Below, one piece after another: positions 19,372-29,566 of a DNA stretch of 64,000 nucleotides (positions within the stretch are counted from its first letter, which is position 1; each line of letters opens with the position of its first letter). The DNA is from Bacteroidetes bacterium 37-13 (GTDB lineage: Bacteria > Bacteroidota > Bacteroidia > Chitinophagales > LD1), in the NCBI GenBank assembly GCA_001897535.1, contig MKTC01000031.1, positions 14,428 to 78,427 of the forward strand, in the 5' to 3' direction. The notes beneath the pieces are model-generated. The model was not told where the DNA came from. It was given only the letters and a program-made list of their open reading frames with translations, and did not search any database. Both the position numbers and the translations under genes were made by a program.

Positions 19372-20322
19372 TTAAAAATACTGAATCACTGCATCGCCTT
19401 TGGCTGTGCCGTTTTTATAGTCCCATTCAATTTTGTAGCCATAGCCTCCACAGCCGCTTGCTTGATTACCATTTCTATCTACTCCGCAGGTTGCCGTAAT
19501 TGTAAAATCATCAGTAGTGCTGGTATATTTTCCTTGTGTTGGTTTCCACCAGCCACAAGCTGTTCCCGATTTCCAAGGAGTAATTACTTCGGTAGTAAAT
19601 GCAGTTCCAAAACGGGTAGTTCCCCAAGAGTCAATTGTTTTATTTCCGCTAATAGAGTCGCCATTTACGGTTGCTGTAATGGTAGTGTAATTTGTTATTT
19701 GCCAAGTGCTTAATCGTGCAAAATTCCAAGAATCGGTTTGTCCGTTTTCGAATGTTACATTCATGTTTTGGCTACGTTCGCGAAAGCGCGCAGTAAGGTT
19801 TCCTCCGGAAAGATATAATGCGATGTAATCAATACCATCTAAATTGGTTAAATATTTCACTCCGTTAAATGTTACATAGTGGCTGTTTAAATTTATGAAG
19901 GTAACTTTGTAGTTAGTGTGTGTAATGCGCAATTTAGCACCTGCATCTGTCCATTTATTGCCTTCTATCAATTCAATTTTTACTTGTCCTGCTCTTTTGC
20001 GTCCCGGATCTCCACAAACGGTTGTTCCATCAAAATTTATTACTACTGTTGGCGTAGAAGCGTATTGTTGAGAAGTATCAATGGTGGCACCGCAGATAGA
20101 TATAACATCAGTTTCATCGGTTTTGCCAAAACCACGAACATCTTTTAAAACATTGATTATGTCAGTGTTTAAATTGTCGGATTCGGAGCGTGTGTTGTTT
20201 AAATCCTGATTGTGTTGTTGCGAATTCGGGTCGGCTTTGCTGTTAGGCGTTCCTAATTTTGAGCAACTGCTTACAATGGCAACAGTAAGTGCTATTGCCA
20301 TAAAAAATATGTTCTTGTTCAT
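19372..20322 (-). CDS. lipoprotein of unknown function
   Basis: Lipobox AIVSSCSK. 316 aa, Thr/Asn/Gly-rich and beta-rich, with no motif I recognise. Confidence 0.6.
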   Translation of the reverse strand: MNKNIFFMAIALTVAIVSSCSKLGTPNSKADPNSQQHNQDLNNTRSESDNLNTDIINVLKDVRGFGKTDETDVISICGATIDTSQQYASTPTVVINFDGTTVCGDPGRKRAGQVKIELIEGNKWTDAGAKLRITHTNYKVTFINLNSHYVTFNGVKYLTNLDGIDYIALYLSGGNLTARFRERSQNMNVTFENGQTDSWNFARLSTWQITNYTTITATVNGDSISGNKTIDSWGTTRFGTAFTTEVITPWKSGTACGWWKPTQGKYTSTTDDFTITATCGVDRNGNQASGCGGYGYKIEWDYKNGTAKGDAVIQYF

Positions 20323-20424
20323 CGTACAGAGTTTGTTTATGTAAAAGTAAACGTAAACTTTTGAGTTTTAGTTTTTTAGTTTAAAATTTTCTTTTTTAGA
20401 TAAATGAAACAATAAATAATAGGG

Positions 20425-21639
20425 TTATTCAACTACTATTTTTTGAGTAATAGTACCTACTTTTAAGAAATAGATACCGTTTTTAATATTGCTTAAATCA
20501 ACTTTAACCTGAGCTTGTTTGGGCATTTCGGTATAAATTGTTTTCCCATCTATACTATATATTTCTACCGGAATTTTTTGCTCAACTGCAAATTGTAGGT
20601 TGTCAATTTCAAATATTCCGGAGCTTGGATTAGGGAAAATATTTAGTTGGGTATTGCTTGCAATATTTGCAATTCCGGTACTTTGCTGTAGCCATGATTT
20701 ACCGTCTAAATTCCATGCAGTAACAGTTTCAGGGTTAAGTGTATCGTACAATAGATGATGTAAAGCAGTAACAGCAACATCAGGATGCACAGGCGATTGT
20801 TTCATTAAGTTGGCATCTACACATAAATTATCAAAAACCAAATTGTTGTTGCAGTTGTAAGTGCCCGGATCTGCCTTAGTAATTTTTTGGTGCGCCACGG
20901 CATTTCCTGTTGCTATCCACCAAATATGGCGTTGGTCGTAGGTGTTTCCGCCATGTAAAATAGATTGGCCGCCATGGTCGGTAACTACAAATACTAACCA
21001 GTTTTCGTTTGAGTAATTTGGTCGGGCATACAATGCCGATAATACTTTTCCAACAGCACTATCTACTGTTTCTATTGCTTGTATATAAAGTTGGTTAGCA
21101 GTATCAAAGCCGCTGGAGTGCCCTGTCATATCCACTTTGTCGAAGTAAGCAAATAGCAAATCAATATTAGGTTTTTGTAATTGTGCCACAGCACTATCGG
21201 CAGTAATCCATGTTTCTGTATCGGGTGTTTTTACTGCTCTGTTCCAATTAGCATAATCTATTTCATCAATTAGCGGATCCCATTCAGCAACAATAGCGCA
21301 ATCTAAGTTTGGCTTCACCTGTTTTGCTAATGCCGAAATTGGTGGATATTGATTAAAATGCTTGCCTGTAAAACCATTGTTTACAACACCGTGTTTATTA
21401 AAGTAAACTCCAGTTAAAATAGTTGCCCACGAAGGTCCGCTCCAAGTTATTGCGGTATGCCAAGAATCGTAACTGTATAAGGAGTTTGGCAGCAGCCCAT
21501 CAATATTTGGAGTATTGGCTTTTTGCAGAGCATCGCTACGTGTGCCATCAATTCCAATTATAAGTACTTTGCGGTTTTGTGATGCAAAAGAAATTTGCAA
21601 GAAAAGTAGGGCTGAAAAGAGCGTATATAACTTTTTCAT
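20425..21639 (-). CDS. nucleotide pyrophosphatase/phosphodiesterase (alkaline phosphatase superfamily) with T9SS C-terminal sorting domain
   Basis: LIIGIDGTRSD (metal Asp plus Thr nucleophile), DMTGHSSG, VTDHGG. The C-terminus LNIFPNPSSGIFEI...GIYFLKV is a type-A T9SS CTD. Confidence 0.82.
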   Translation of the reverse strand: MKKLYTLFSALLFLQISFASQNRKVLIIGIDGTRSDALQKANTPNIDGLLPNSLYSYDSWHTAITWSGPSWATILTGVYFNKHGVVNNGFTGKHFNQYPPISALAKQVKPNLDCAIVAEWDPLIDEIDYANWNRAVKTPDTETWITADSAVAQLQKPNIDLLFAYFDKVDMTGHSSGFDTANQLYIQAIETVDSAVGKVLSALYARPNYSNENWLVFVVTDHGGQSILHGGNTYDQRHIWWIATGNAVAHQKITKADPGTYNCNNNLVFDNLCVDANLMKQSPVHPDVAVTALHHLLYDTLNPETVTAWNLDGKSWLQQSTGIANIASNTQLNIFPNPSSGIFEIDNLQFAVEQKIPVEIYSIDGKTIYTEMPKQAQVKVDLSNIKNGIYFLKVGTITQKIVVE

Positions 21640-21788
21640 AAAGACAAATTTTTATTTTGAGCGAATGTAATTATCCAGCATTAAAAGCAAGCATAAGAAA
21701 TATCAATTCCTATTATTTGCGAAAACAAAAGCAATTCGTTTTATATTAAGTTTTAACTTTCAATTTTACAGCAAGAAAATTTTAAATT

Positions 21789-22394
21789 ATGATTTCGATA
21801 CTTCAATTAGAAAAAGCACTCAGCTTTCAACAATACATGGATTTAACTCAACAGATTATTGATAATCCTACACCTTCGGAGCCATACAGCGATGTGAAGA
21901 TGATGAATTATACAGTTGACAATATGGCGCGAATGAAACGGGTGCTTACCAATATTTCTATTGATCAAAAGCTATATAATTTGCTTAGCACCAACCAGAG
22001 GAAAATGGTTTGGGTGGTACTCTCCGAACCTTGGTGCGGAGATGCTTCGCAAATAGTTCCGGCATTGGCATCTTTTGCAGCAGTTTCTGAAAATATTACC
22101 TTCAAAATTCTATTGCGCGACAGTAATTTAGAGGTGATGGATAGCTACTTAACCAATGGCGGTAGAAGTATTCCAAAGTTTATTTGCATTGATGAAAAAA
22201 GCTGGACGGAGTTAGGCGTTTGGGGACCGCGCCCGAAAACCATTCAACAAATAGTTTTAAACCAAAAGAATAATACGGAAATGACTTTTGCCGAAAAAGT
22301 TAAACAAATCCACGTTTGGTATGATGAAAACAAAACCCGCGATATTCAAACCGAATTTATAGAATTGCTCAAGCAATGGAACGAAGTAAAATGA
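21789..22394 (+). CDS. thioredoxin-like family protein
   Basis: VVLSEPWCGDASQIVPAL single-Cys thioredoxin-like motif. 201 aa. Confidence 0.7.
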   Translation: MISILQLEKALSFQQYMDLTQQIIDNPTPSEPYSDVKMMNYTVDNMARMKRVLTNISIDQKLYNLLSTNQRKMVWVVLSEPWCGDASQIVPALASFAAVSENITFKILLRDSNLEVMDSYLTNGGRSIPKFICIDEKSWTELGVWGPRPKTIQQIVLNQKNNTEMTFAEKVKQIHVWYDENKTRDIQTEFIELLKQWNEVK

Positions 22395-23350
22395 AAATAA
22401 AAAATATTGCAGTTGTTACCGGAGGAAGTGCCGCAGAGCGCGGTATTTCATTATTAAGCGCAGATGTGGTTTGCCAATATTTAGACAAGAGCAAATTTAC
22501 ACCATACAAGGTAGTGCTTAACGAAAAGGAATGGATAGTGGAAGCCGGAGGCAAGAGTATTGCAACGGTTGATAAAAATGATTTTTCGGCAACTATAAAC
22601 GGCAGCAAAATTTTGTTTGATAAAGTGTTTGTGGCATTGCACGGCACGCCTGCCGAAGATGGCAAATTGCAAGGCTATTTCGATTTGTTGAATATTTCTT
22701 ACAACTGCTGTGGAGTGTTGCAAGCAGCACTCACTTTCGATAAATTTCGCTGCAAAGAATATTTGCAAAATTATGGCGTGAATGTTGCGAAAGGAAAAGT
22801 TTTTAGAGCAGGAGAGGAGCACAACTTTAATGTAGATTTTGAGTTTCCTGTTTTTGTGAAACCAAATAAAAATGGCAGCAGTTATGGCGCTTCAAAAGTT
22901 GATGAAAAAGCAACTTTAGAAAATGCCGTAAACGAAGCTTTTAAATATGATGATGAAGTAATTGTAGAGGAATATTTAAAAGGCATAGAAGTAACTTGCG
23001 GAGTTTTAAAGATAAATGGTAAGCCAACAGCATTGCCACTTACAGAGATTAGAAGCAAAAATGCTTTTTTCGATTTTGAAGCAAAGTATAAAGGTGAAAG
23101 CAAAGAAGTTACTCCGGCAGAAATTTCTAATGAACTAACAGAAGCCATTCAAAAAACATCGGTGCGGGTTTACGATGCGCTTGGTATGAAAGGCATGTGC
23201 CGCATAGATTACATTGTAAAAAACAACACACATTATTTGTTGGAAGTAAACAGCATTCCGGGACTCACTGTTGAAAGCCTTGTGCCACAGCAAGCGCGCG
23301 CTTTTGGTTTGTCGCTCACCGAATTATTTACAATAAGCTTAGAAGGGTAA
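22391..23350 (+). CDS. ddl: D-alanine--D-alanine ligase
   Basis: MKIKNIAVVTGGSAAERGISL, LHGTPAEDGKLQG and an ATP-grasp C-terminal half. ATG 22391 is preferred over the track start 22376 and forms an ATGA overlap with the upstream stop. Confidence 0.95.
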   Translation: MKIKNIAVVTGGSAAERGISLLSADVVCQYLDKSKFTPYKVVLNEKEWIVEAGGKSIATVDKNDFSATINGSKILFDKVFVALHGTPAEDGKLQGYFDLLNISYNCCGVLQAALTFDKFRCKEYLQNYGVNVAKGKVFRAGEEHNFNVDFEFPVFVKPNKNGSSYGASKVDEKATLENAVNEAFKYDDEVIVEEYLKGIEVTCGVLKINGKPTALPLTEIRSKNAFFDFEAKYKGESKEVTPAEISNELTEAIQKTSVRVYDALGMKGMCRIDYIVKNNTHYLLEVNSIPGLTVESLVPQQARAFGLSLTELFTISLEG

Positions 23351-23351
23351 A

Positions 23352-24131
23352 TTATTTCCCTTTAAAATCAGGAGTGCGTTTTTCTACAAAAGCTGCCATA
23401 CCTTCTTTTTGGTCTTCACTGGCAAAAGTTAAGTAAAAGTTTTTGCGTTCAAAAAGTAAGCCTTCGTCTAAAGTATTGTTGAAAGCTGCATTCACTGCTT
23501 CTTTAGCTAACTTAACGGCAACGGGAGATTTTGCGGCAATTTCACGAGCAAGCTTTAGTGCTTCATCAATTAAAAGTTCCGCAGGCACCACGCGATTTAC
23601 CAAACCATATTGCAATGCTTCAGTAGCGGTTAAAAATCGCCCGCTCAAAACCATTTCCATTGCCACTGTTTTACCAACTGCTCTTGTTAATCGTTGTGTT
23701 CCTCCGGCTCCAGGCATGGTACCAATTCTAATTTCAGGCTGCCCGAAGCGCGCAGTTTCTGAAGCTACAATCATATCGCAGGTCATGGCTAACTCGCAGC
23801 CGCCACCGAGTGCAAAACCACTCACGGCAGCAATTATCGGTTTCTTGGTTTTTTTTATTTGATCCCAAGTGCTAAACTGATCAATATTCAGCATATCAAT
23901 TGCTGTTGCATTTGCCATCTGCTTTATATCTGCACCTGCTGCAAACACTTTTTCACCTCCGGTTAAAATTATGGTGCGTACATTTTCATCATCATCTAAA
24001 AGCCGTAAAGTATCGCGTATTTCCAACATCAATTCGCGATTAAGTGCGTTTAACTCTTTAGGCCTGTTTAGCTCAATTAAGGCAATAAATTTTTCTGCTT
24101 GGGTATTTACTTTTATGAACTGTAAACTCAT
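23352..24131 (-). CDS. enoyl-CoA hydratase (crotonase family)
   Basis: FAAGADIK and GFALGGGCELAMTCD oxyanion-hole motifs. 259 aa. Confidence 0.93.
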   Translation of the reverse strand: MSLQFIKVNTQAEKFIALIELNRPKELNALNRELMLEIRDTLRLLDDDENVRTIILTGGEKVFAAGADIKQMANATAIDMLNIDQFSTWDQIKKTKKPIIAAVSGFALGGGCELAMTCDMIVASETARFGQPEIRIGTMPGAGGTQRLTRAVGKTVAMEMVLSGRFLTATEALQYGLVNRVVPAELLIDEALKLAREIAAKSPVAVKLAKEAVNAAFNNTLDEGLLFERKNFYLTFASEDQKEGMAAFVEKRTPDFKGK

Positions 24132-24275
24132 CGTTATTTTTTTTCAAACCTAAACGGAAAAATTTCAGTTCAAAAATATTTTTTAGATGTGCAGCAACAT
24201 TGCCTTGCAGTAAATGAGTTACTGCGTAATCCGAGTTGCATTTTTATATGAGCTCAGCACTTTTAATTCAGCCGT

Positions 24276-25871
24276 TTAAAACGGAGGTCCATCGCTGTCT
24301 GATGAAAAATCTTCTGATTTATGCTTGCGTTTAAATTCAAAGTCGTCCTCTTCTTCTTTGTTTATTTTGGATTGCGCGGTAATAAAGTTTTGCTTTTGTT
24401 TTTCTTTGCTAATAGCGCCATATTCATCTATTGCACTAAATGAGTTTAAGTTTTCAAACTTGGCAAATTTACCGATAAAGCGTGTGCGCACATCTATCAC
24501 CGGCCCGTTTCTGTGTTTAGAAATAAGCACTTCTGCAATGCCTTCGGTTGGCGTACCATCATCAAAAGTTGGTATTTTGTAATACTCTGGGCGATACAAG
24601 AAAATTACAATATCGGCATCTTGCTCAATGGCACCGGATTCACGCAAATCGCTTAACACAGGCTTTGGAGGTCCACCGCGTTTTTCAGGTGCTCTCGAAA
24701 GTTGCGAGAGTGCAATTACAGGAATGTTCAGCTCTTTTGCCAAGCCTTTTAAAGAGCGCGAAATTTGGCTAATTTCTTGCTCACGATTACCGCCACCTTT
24801 GCCTTCGTTTGTGCCGCTCATCAGTTGCAGGTAATCAATAATTACCATTTCAATATTGTGCTGTTGTTTTAGTCTGCGGCATTTGCTGCGCAGTTCAAAC
24901 ACGTTTATGGCAGGAGTATCGTCAATAAAAAGCTGTGCATTGCGCAACCCATCAATTTTTGAAGTAAGAATTTGATATTCGTATTCTTCTAAATTTCCTC
25001 TGCGAATTTTGTCGGCAGCAATGTGCGTTTCCATTGAAATTAAACGCTGCACCAATTGTGCATTGCTCATCTCTAACGAAAATATTGCAACAGGTTTTTT
25101 GTGGTCAACGGCAGCATTGCGCGCAAGTGCTAAAGTAAAAGCAGTTTTTCCCATCGCAGGGCGCGCTGCCACAATAATAAAATCGCTTCTCTGCCAACCT
25201 CCGGTAGCTTTGTCTAAATCAATAAATCCTGATGGCACACCGTTTAAATTATCTTGGCTGTTGTTCATTCTGATATCGAGTTCTTTCAACTCACTCAATA
25301 GAATGTCTGATATATTTTCTGAGCTTCTTTTTAAATTACTTTCTGCAATTGAAAATAAGTTTTTTTCAGCTTTATCTAATAATTCAAACACATCAGAAGT
25401 GTCAGAATAAGCCTCTTTAATTACTTCGGTAGAAGTAGAAATGAGTTGGCGCTGAATAAGTTTTTCTGCAATAATATGTGCATGTGCTTTCACGTTGGCA
25501 GCAGAAGCTACTTTATTGGTGAGTTGTGCCACATAAAAAGGGCCGCCAGCCATATCCAAATCGCCTTGTTTTTTTAGCTGCTCGGTAACAGTGAGCAAAT
25601 CAATTGGCATTTGCTTTTGGTCTAAAGCTCTTATGGCGCGCCAGATTCGCTGGTTTTTGTCCACATAAAAACTCTCTTCTTTCAATATGTCGCTTACTTC
25701 GTTTATAGCATCGCGCTCAATCATTACAGCACCTAAAACAGCTTCTTCGAGATCAACGGCTTGTGGCGGCATTTTGCCGTAATCCAATACATTTTGAGAA
25801 TCGCTTAGGAGTAATTTGCTCTTTCGTATAGAATCTCGGGTTTGCTTTATTATGTCTTGCGGATCGCTCAT
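24276..25871 (-). CDS. dnaB: replicative DNA helicase DnaB
   Basis: DnaB N-terminal domain (PPQAVDLEEAVLGAVM), Walker A AARPAMGKTAF, Walker B IIDYLQLM. An acidic/basic C-terminal tail follows. Confidence 0.97.
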   Translation of the reverse strand: MSDPQDIIKQTRDSIRKSKLLLSDSQNVLDYGKMPPQAVDLEEAVLGAVMIERDAINEVSDILKEESFYVDKNQRIWRAIRALDQKQMPIDLLTVTEQLKKQGDLDMAGGPFYVAQLTNKVASAANVKAHAHIIAEKLIQRQLISTSTEVIKEAYSDTSDVFELLDKAEKNLFSIAESNLKRSSENISDILLSELKELDIRMNNSQDNLNGVPSGFIDLDKATGGWQRSDFIIVAARPAMGKTAFTLALARNAAVDHKKPVAIFSLEMSNAQLVQRLISMETHIAADKIRRGNLEEYEYQILTSKIDGLRNAQLFIDDTPAINVFELRSKCRRLKQQHNIEMVIIDYLQLMSGTNEGKGGGNREQEISQISRSLKGLAKELNIPVIALSQLSRAPEKRGGPPKPVLSDLRESGAIEQDADIVIFLYRPEYYKIPTFDDGTPTEGIAEVLISKHRNGPVIDVRTRFIGKFAKFENLNSFSAIDEYGAISKEKQKQNFITAQSKINKEEEDDFEFKRKHKSEDFSSDSDGPPF

Positions 25872-25932
25872 TTATTTGCTTTTGAATAGATTTTTTTAGA
25901 AAGGGCTGCGAATGTGCATTACCTCCATGAAG

Positions 25933-25963
25933 TTAAAAAATAAAAGCGGAAAGAAATTTCCGC
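25933..25963 (-). terminator. terminator-like GNRA hairpin plus U-tract in the dnaB upstream region
   Basis: gcggaaa-GAAA-tttccgc (25946-25963), followed on the minus strand by TTTTATTTTTT. It lies 62-92 nt upstream of the dnaB ATG, on the same strand. Confidence 0.4.
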
Positions 25964-26105
25964 ACAGAGGTTTTAACACTCTATTCACACTGTAAAAACA
26001 TATTCTGTTGTGGAACAGAGCAATGGTGTAGCTTTCAAGTGTTGATAGTGAAATATCTAACAAAACATAAATAAATGAAATGTGCCTTAAAAAGCTTATG
26101 TTTAA

Positions 26106-26113
26106 TACCTTTG
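26106..26113 (+). promoter_or_regulatory. candidate -7 promoter box (TACCTTTG) for hflX
   Basis: Matches TAnnTTTG, about 80 nt upstream of the ATG at 26195. It is embedded in the palindrome ctttgcaaag. Confidence 0.4.
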
Positions 26114-26194
26114 CAAAGATTTAAAGGCGATTTAGGAACTAAGGATTTAGGTTAAAAATATATTTCAAAAGAAACATCTTTCAGAGAAAAATAG

Positions 26195-27400
26195 ATGGGA
26201 ACATTTCAAATAGATAATACGATTAAAGAGCAAGAAAAAGCCGTTTTAATTGGCTTGGTAACGCGTGAGCAGAACGAAGAGAAAACGCATGAATATTTAG
26301 ATGAATTGCAGTTTCTTGCTGAAACTGCTGGTGCAATAACCCAGAAAAGATTTTGGCAAAAACTTCAACACCCTGATGTGGCAACATATTTGGGCAAAGG
26401 AAAAATTGAAGAAGTTTCAGAATACGTGAAGGAAAACGGAATAGATTTAGTGTTGGTAGATGATGAAATTTCGCCTTCGCAACTACGTAATATCGAAAAA
26501 TATGCCAAGTGTAAAGTGCTAGATAGAAGCATGTTGATTCTCGATATTTTTGCACAGCGTGCGAGAACACTTCAAGCAAAAACACAAGTGGAATTAGCAC
26601 AACTGCAATATATGCTGCCGCGCTTAAAAGGTTTGTGGTCGCACTTAGATCGCGTGAAAGGCGGTATTGGTATGAAAGGAGCAGGAGAGAAGGAGATTGA
26701 AACCGATAGAAGAATTGCACAAACAAGAATTTCGCTTCTTAAACGGCAACTTTCTGAAATAGATAAACAAAACGAAACGCGTAGAAAAAATCGCAGCGAA
26801 ATGATTCGGGTGGCGCTGGTTGGCTACACAAACGTTGGCAAAAGTACCTTGCTTAATTTGCTTGCAAAAGAACAAGTATTTGCAGAAAATAAACTTTTTG
26901 CCACATTGGATACTACGGTGCGCAAAGTGGTTTTTAATACAGTGCCATTTTTGTTGAGCGATACCGTAGGTTTTATTCGCAAGTTACCGCATCACTTAAT
27001 TGAGAGTTTTAAAAGCACTTTAGACGAAACTTTAGAAGCCGATATTTTACTGCATGTGGTGGATATTTCGCACCCTGCTTTTGTGGAGCAAATAAATGTG
27101 GTAAATAATATTTTGGAAGAATTAAAAGCCAACGACAAGCCAACGATTATCATCTTCAACAAAATGGATTTGTACGAGCAAAAAACTTTTGATGAATTTC
27201 TTCCGCAGGAAATAAAAAAGGGCTTGCTGAGTGAATTGGAACAAACTTGGATGGCAAAAACAAACGACAATGCTATTTTTGTAAGTGCCACTACCAATAG
27301 AAACACAGCGGCTTTACGCGAAAGAATTTTTAAGAAAGTGAAAGAATTATACTTGGAGCGCTATCCGTATAAAGCTGGTTATTGGAGCGAATATTTTTAA
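26195..27400 (+). CDS. hflX: GTPase HflX
   Basis: HflX N-terminal domain, G1 GYTNVGKST, G3 DTVGF, G4 NKMD. Confidence 0.95.
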   Translation: MGTFQIDNTIKEQEKAVLIGLVTREQNEEKTHEYLDELQFLAETAGAITQKRFWQKLQHPDVATYLGKGKIEEVSEYVKENGIDLVLVDDEISPSQLRNIEKYAKCKVLDRSMLILDIFAQRARTLQAKTQVELAQLQYMLPRLKGLWSHLDRVKGGIGMKGAGEKEIETDRRIAQTRISLLKRQLSEIDKQNETRRKNRSEMIRVALVGYTNVGKSTLLNLLAKEQVFAENKLFATLDTTVRKVVFNTVPFLLSDTVGFIRKLPHHLIESFKSTLDETLEADILLHVVDISHPAFVEQINVVNNILEELKANDKPTIIIFNKMDLYEQKTFDEFLPQEIKKGLLSELEQTWMAKTNDNAIFVSATTNRNTAALRERIFKKVKELYLERYPYKAGYWSEYF

Positions 27401-27427
27401 ATGAATTTTTGATTTGCGAGAAAAGTT

Positions 27428-29527
27428 ATGAAAGCATCATACATCAAAAATACTGCAAGATTTATTTTGCCGATTGTGCTTTGTTTTTTTACGAGAAATC
27501 TTTTAGCACAAGTTGAAAGTTTTGCTGTAGAACATCAGTGCATTATTCAACTGAAAAATGATAGTTCACTTGAAAGTGTTCTACAAAATATTTCGGACGC
27601 AGCAGTAAAAGAAACGCTTTCAAGAAGTATGAATATTTTTTTGATTGAAAAACGAAAAGGCAATTTCAGTTCAGAAGAAATTCAGCTCATTTCAAACCAA
27701 AAAAATGTGATTGCAGCGCAGTATAATCACAAAGTTGAACGAAGAAGTTTTGTGCCGAACGATACTTACTTTTCGCAGCAATGGAACATGATGAACACCG
27801 GGCAGTTTAATGGCAAAATAGGAGTGGATATTCATGCGCCACAAGCTTGGAGTTTAAATACTTCTCCGCTTACAAAAAATGGCGACACTTTGGTTGTTGC
27901 CGTGTTTGATGAATACTTCGATTTACAGCAAGAAGACCTTAACTTTTTTGTAAATAGAAATGAAATTCCCGGCAATGGAATTGATGATGATGGCAATGGT
28001 TTTATTGATGATTACAATGGCTGGAATGCCTATACAAACACGGGTGATGTGGTGGGAGTAGGAGGTTCCAATCACTCCACAGGAATAGCCGGAATAATTG
28101 GTGCTTATGGCAATAATGCAAAGGGAGTTGCAGGTGTAGTTTGGGGTGTGAAGATTTTGCCAATTGGCTGTTCCAAAACTGATGAAAGTGTAGTGATTAA
28201 AGGCTACGATTACGCAATAGAAATGCGTAAATTATGGAACCAAACCAATGGTTTAAAAGGAGCATTGATTGTAGCGGGAAACTCTTCGTTTGGCGTTGAT
28301 AAAGGCAAGCCTGTAAACTTTCCAATTTGGTGCGCGCTTTACGATACCATGGGTAGTTTGGGAATTTTAAACGCAGCCTCAACTACCAACCAAGGTTTAG
28401 ATGTTGATGTTGTGGGCGATATTCCAACTACCTGCCCAAGTAAATGGTTGATTAACGTAAATGGCTTTTCGGCAGCAGACTATCGCTATGGCGGCTATGG
28501 TGCACAAAATATTGATATTGCGGCACCTGCTACAAGCGTAATTTCTACAGTGGTAAGCAATAATTATAGTTCACAGTCCGGCACTTCGTTTGCGTGTCCA
28601 CACATTGCAGGTACTGTTGCTGCTATGTTTGCTGAGGCTTGCCCAAATTTTATCAACGATTATTTTTCTTATCCCGATTCGCTGTCGCTTTACATTAAGG
28701 AATGGATGTTGCAATCGGTTTCTAAATCGCCATCGTTTAATAACAAAGTTACCAGCGATGGAAGATTGAATTTGTATCAGGCAATTTTAAACACACATAA
28801 CTATAATTGCAACAACTGTAATTATACAGTATCTACTCAAATTGCCAATGCGCATTGCAAAGGTGCAAACGATGGTAGAGCAAGCATCTTAGTGCAAAAT
28901 ACTTCTACTTATTCATTGCTTTGGAGCGATGGAGATACTACAAGTTTTAGAACTAATTTAAAGCCGGGTATTTATCAATTTACTGTTACCGATAGTAATG
29001 CTTGTGAGCAAAAAGGAGTAGTATTTCTCCGCGAACCGGATACGCTTATTTTTGATGGAATAAATATTGTGCCACCAATAAATGGCAGTGGAAATATTGT
29101 GGTGAATGCTATTGGCGGAAACGACTCGCTTTGGTATTCTTTAGATAGTATAAACTGGCAATTCAATAATATTTTTTCAATTTCGCAAACAGGCAACTAT
29201 ATTGTTTATACAAAGAATGAAAGTGGTTGCATTATATCGCAAATGATAACAGTAAGCAGCATAGATAATGTAGAAACTATGAGCCAAATTGAACTGCTAC
29301 CCAATCCTGCAAAAGATGCTTTAATAGTGAAGTGTTTTTCAACTAAAGCGATCATGGAGCAAGTGAAAATATTTGATGTTTCAGGAAGAGAAATACTTGA
29401 ATTGAATAAAGAATTTTCTATAGGAAAAAATCAATTGAATGTAGGAATTGAAAACCTTTCCAATGGTGTTTATTTCTTAAAACTAAGTGCTTCAGGAATT
29501 ACAAAAAAGTTTGTGGTGAATAAGTGA
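27428..29527 (+). CDS. S8 (subtilisin-like) serine peptidase with SprB-type repeat and T9SS C-terminal sorting domain
   Basis: Triad motifs VAVFDE, NHSTGIAG and SGTSFACPHIAG. It also has CKGANDGRASI...VTDSNAC (SprB-like repeat) and a C-terminal LLPNPAKD...GVYFLKL CTD. Confidence 0.9.
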   Translation: MKASYIKNTARFILPIVLCFFTRNLLAQVESFAVEHQCIIQLKNDSSLESVLQNISDAAVKETLSRSMNIFLIEKRKGNFSSEEIQLISNQKNVIAAQYNHKVERRSFVPNDTYFSQQWNMMNTGQFNGKIGVDIHAPQAWSLNTSPLTKNGDTLVVAVFDEYFDLQQEDLNFFVNRNEIPGNGIDDDGNGFIDDYNGWNAYTNTGDVVGVGGSNHSTGIAGIIGAYGNNAKGVAGVVWGVKILPIGCSKTDESVVIKGYDYAIEMRKLWNQTNGLKGALIVAGNSSFGVDKGKPVNFPIWCALYDTMGSLGILNAASTTNQGLDVDVVGDIPTTCPSKWLINVNGFSAADYRYGGYGAQNIDIAAPATSVISTVVSNNYSSQSGTSFACPHIAGTVAAMFAEACPNFINDYFSYPDSLSLYIKEWMLQSVSKSPSFNNKVTSDGRLNLYQAILNTHNYNCNNCNYTVSTQIANAHCKGANDGRASILVQNTSTYSLLWSDGDTTSFRTNLKPGIYQFTVTDSNACEQKGVVFLREPDTLIFDGINIVPPINGSGNIVVNAIGGNDSLWYSLDSINWQFNNIFSISQTGNYIVYTKNESGCIISQMITVSSIDNVETMSQIELLPNPAKDALIVKCFSTKAIMEQVKIFDVSGREILELNKEFSIGKNQLNVGIENLSNGVYFLKLSASGITKKFVVNK

Positions 29528-29566
29528 GTTTTATACTTAACTAATGTAAAATTATAGCAGGAGAAT

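Noticed and set aside
25981-26022. Two DnaA-box-like 9-mers (ctattcaca, tgtggaaca) in inverted orientation between dnaB and hflX
   Set aside because: Each has two mismatches to TTATCCACA, there are only two of them, and there is no AT-rich unwinding element or dnaA/dnaN context. This is insufficient for an origin or a DnaA operator.
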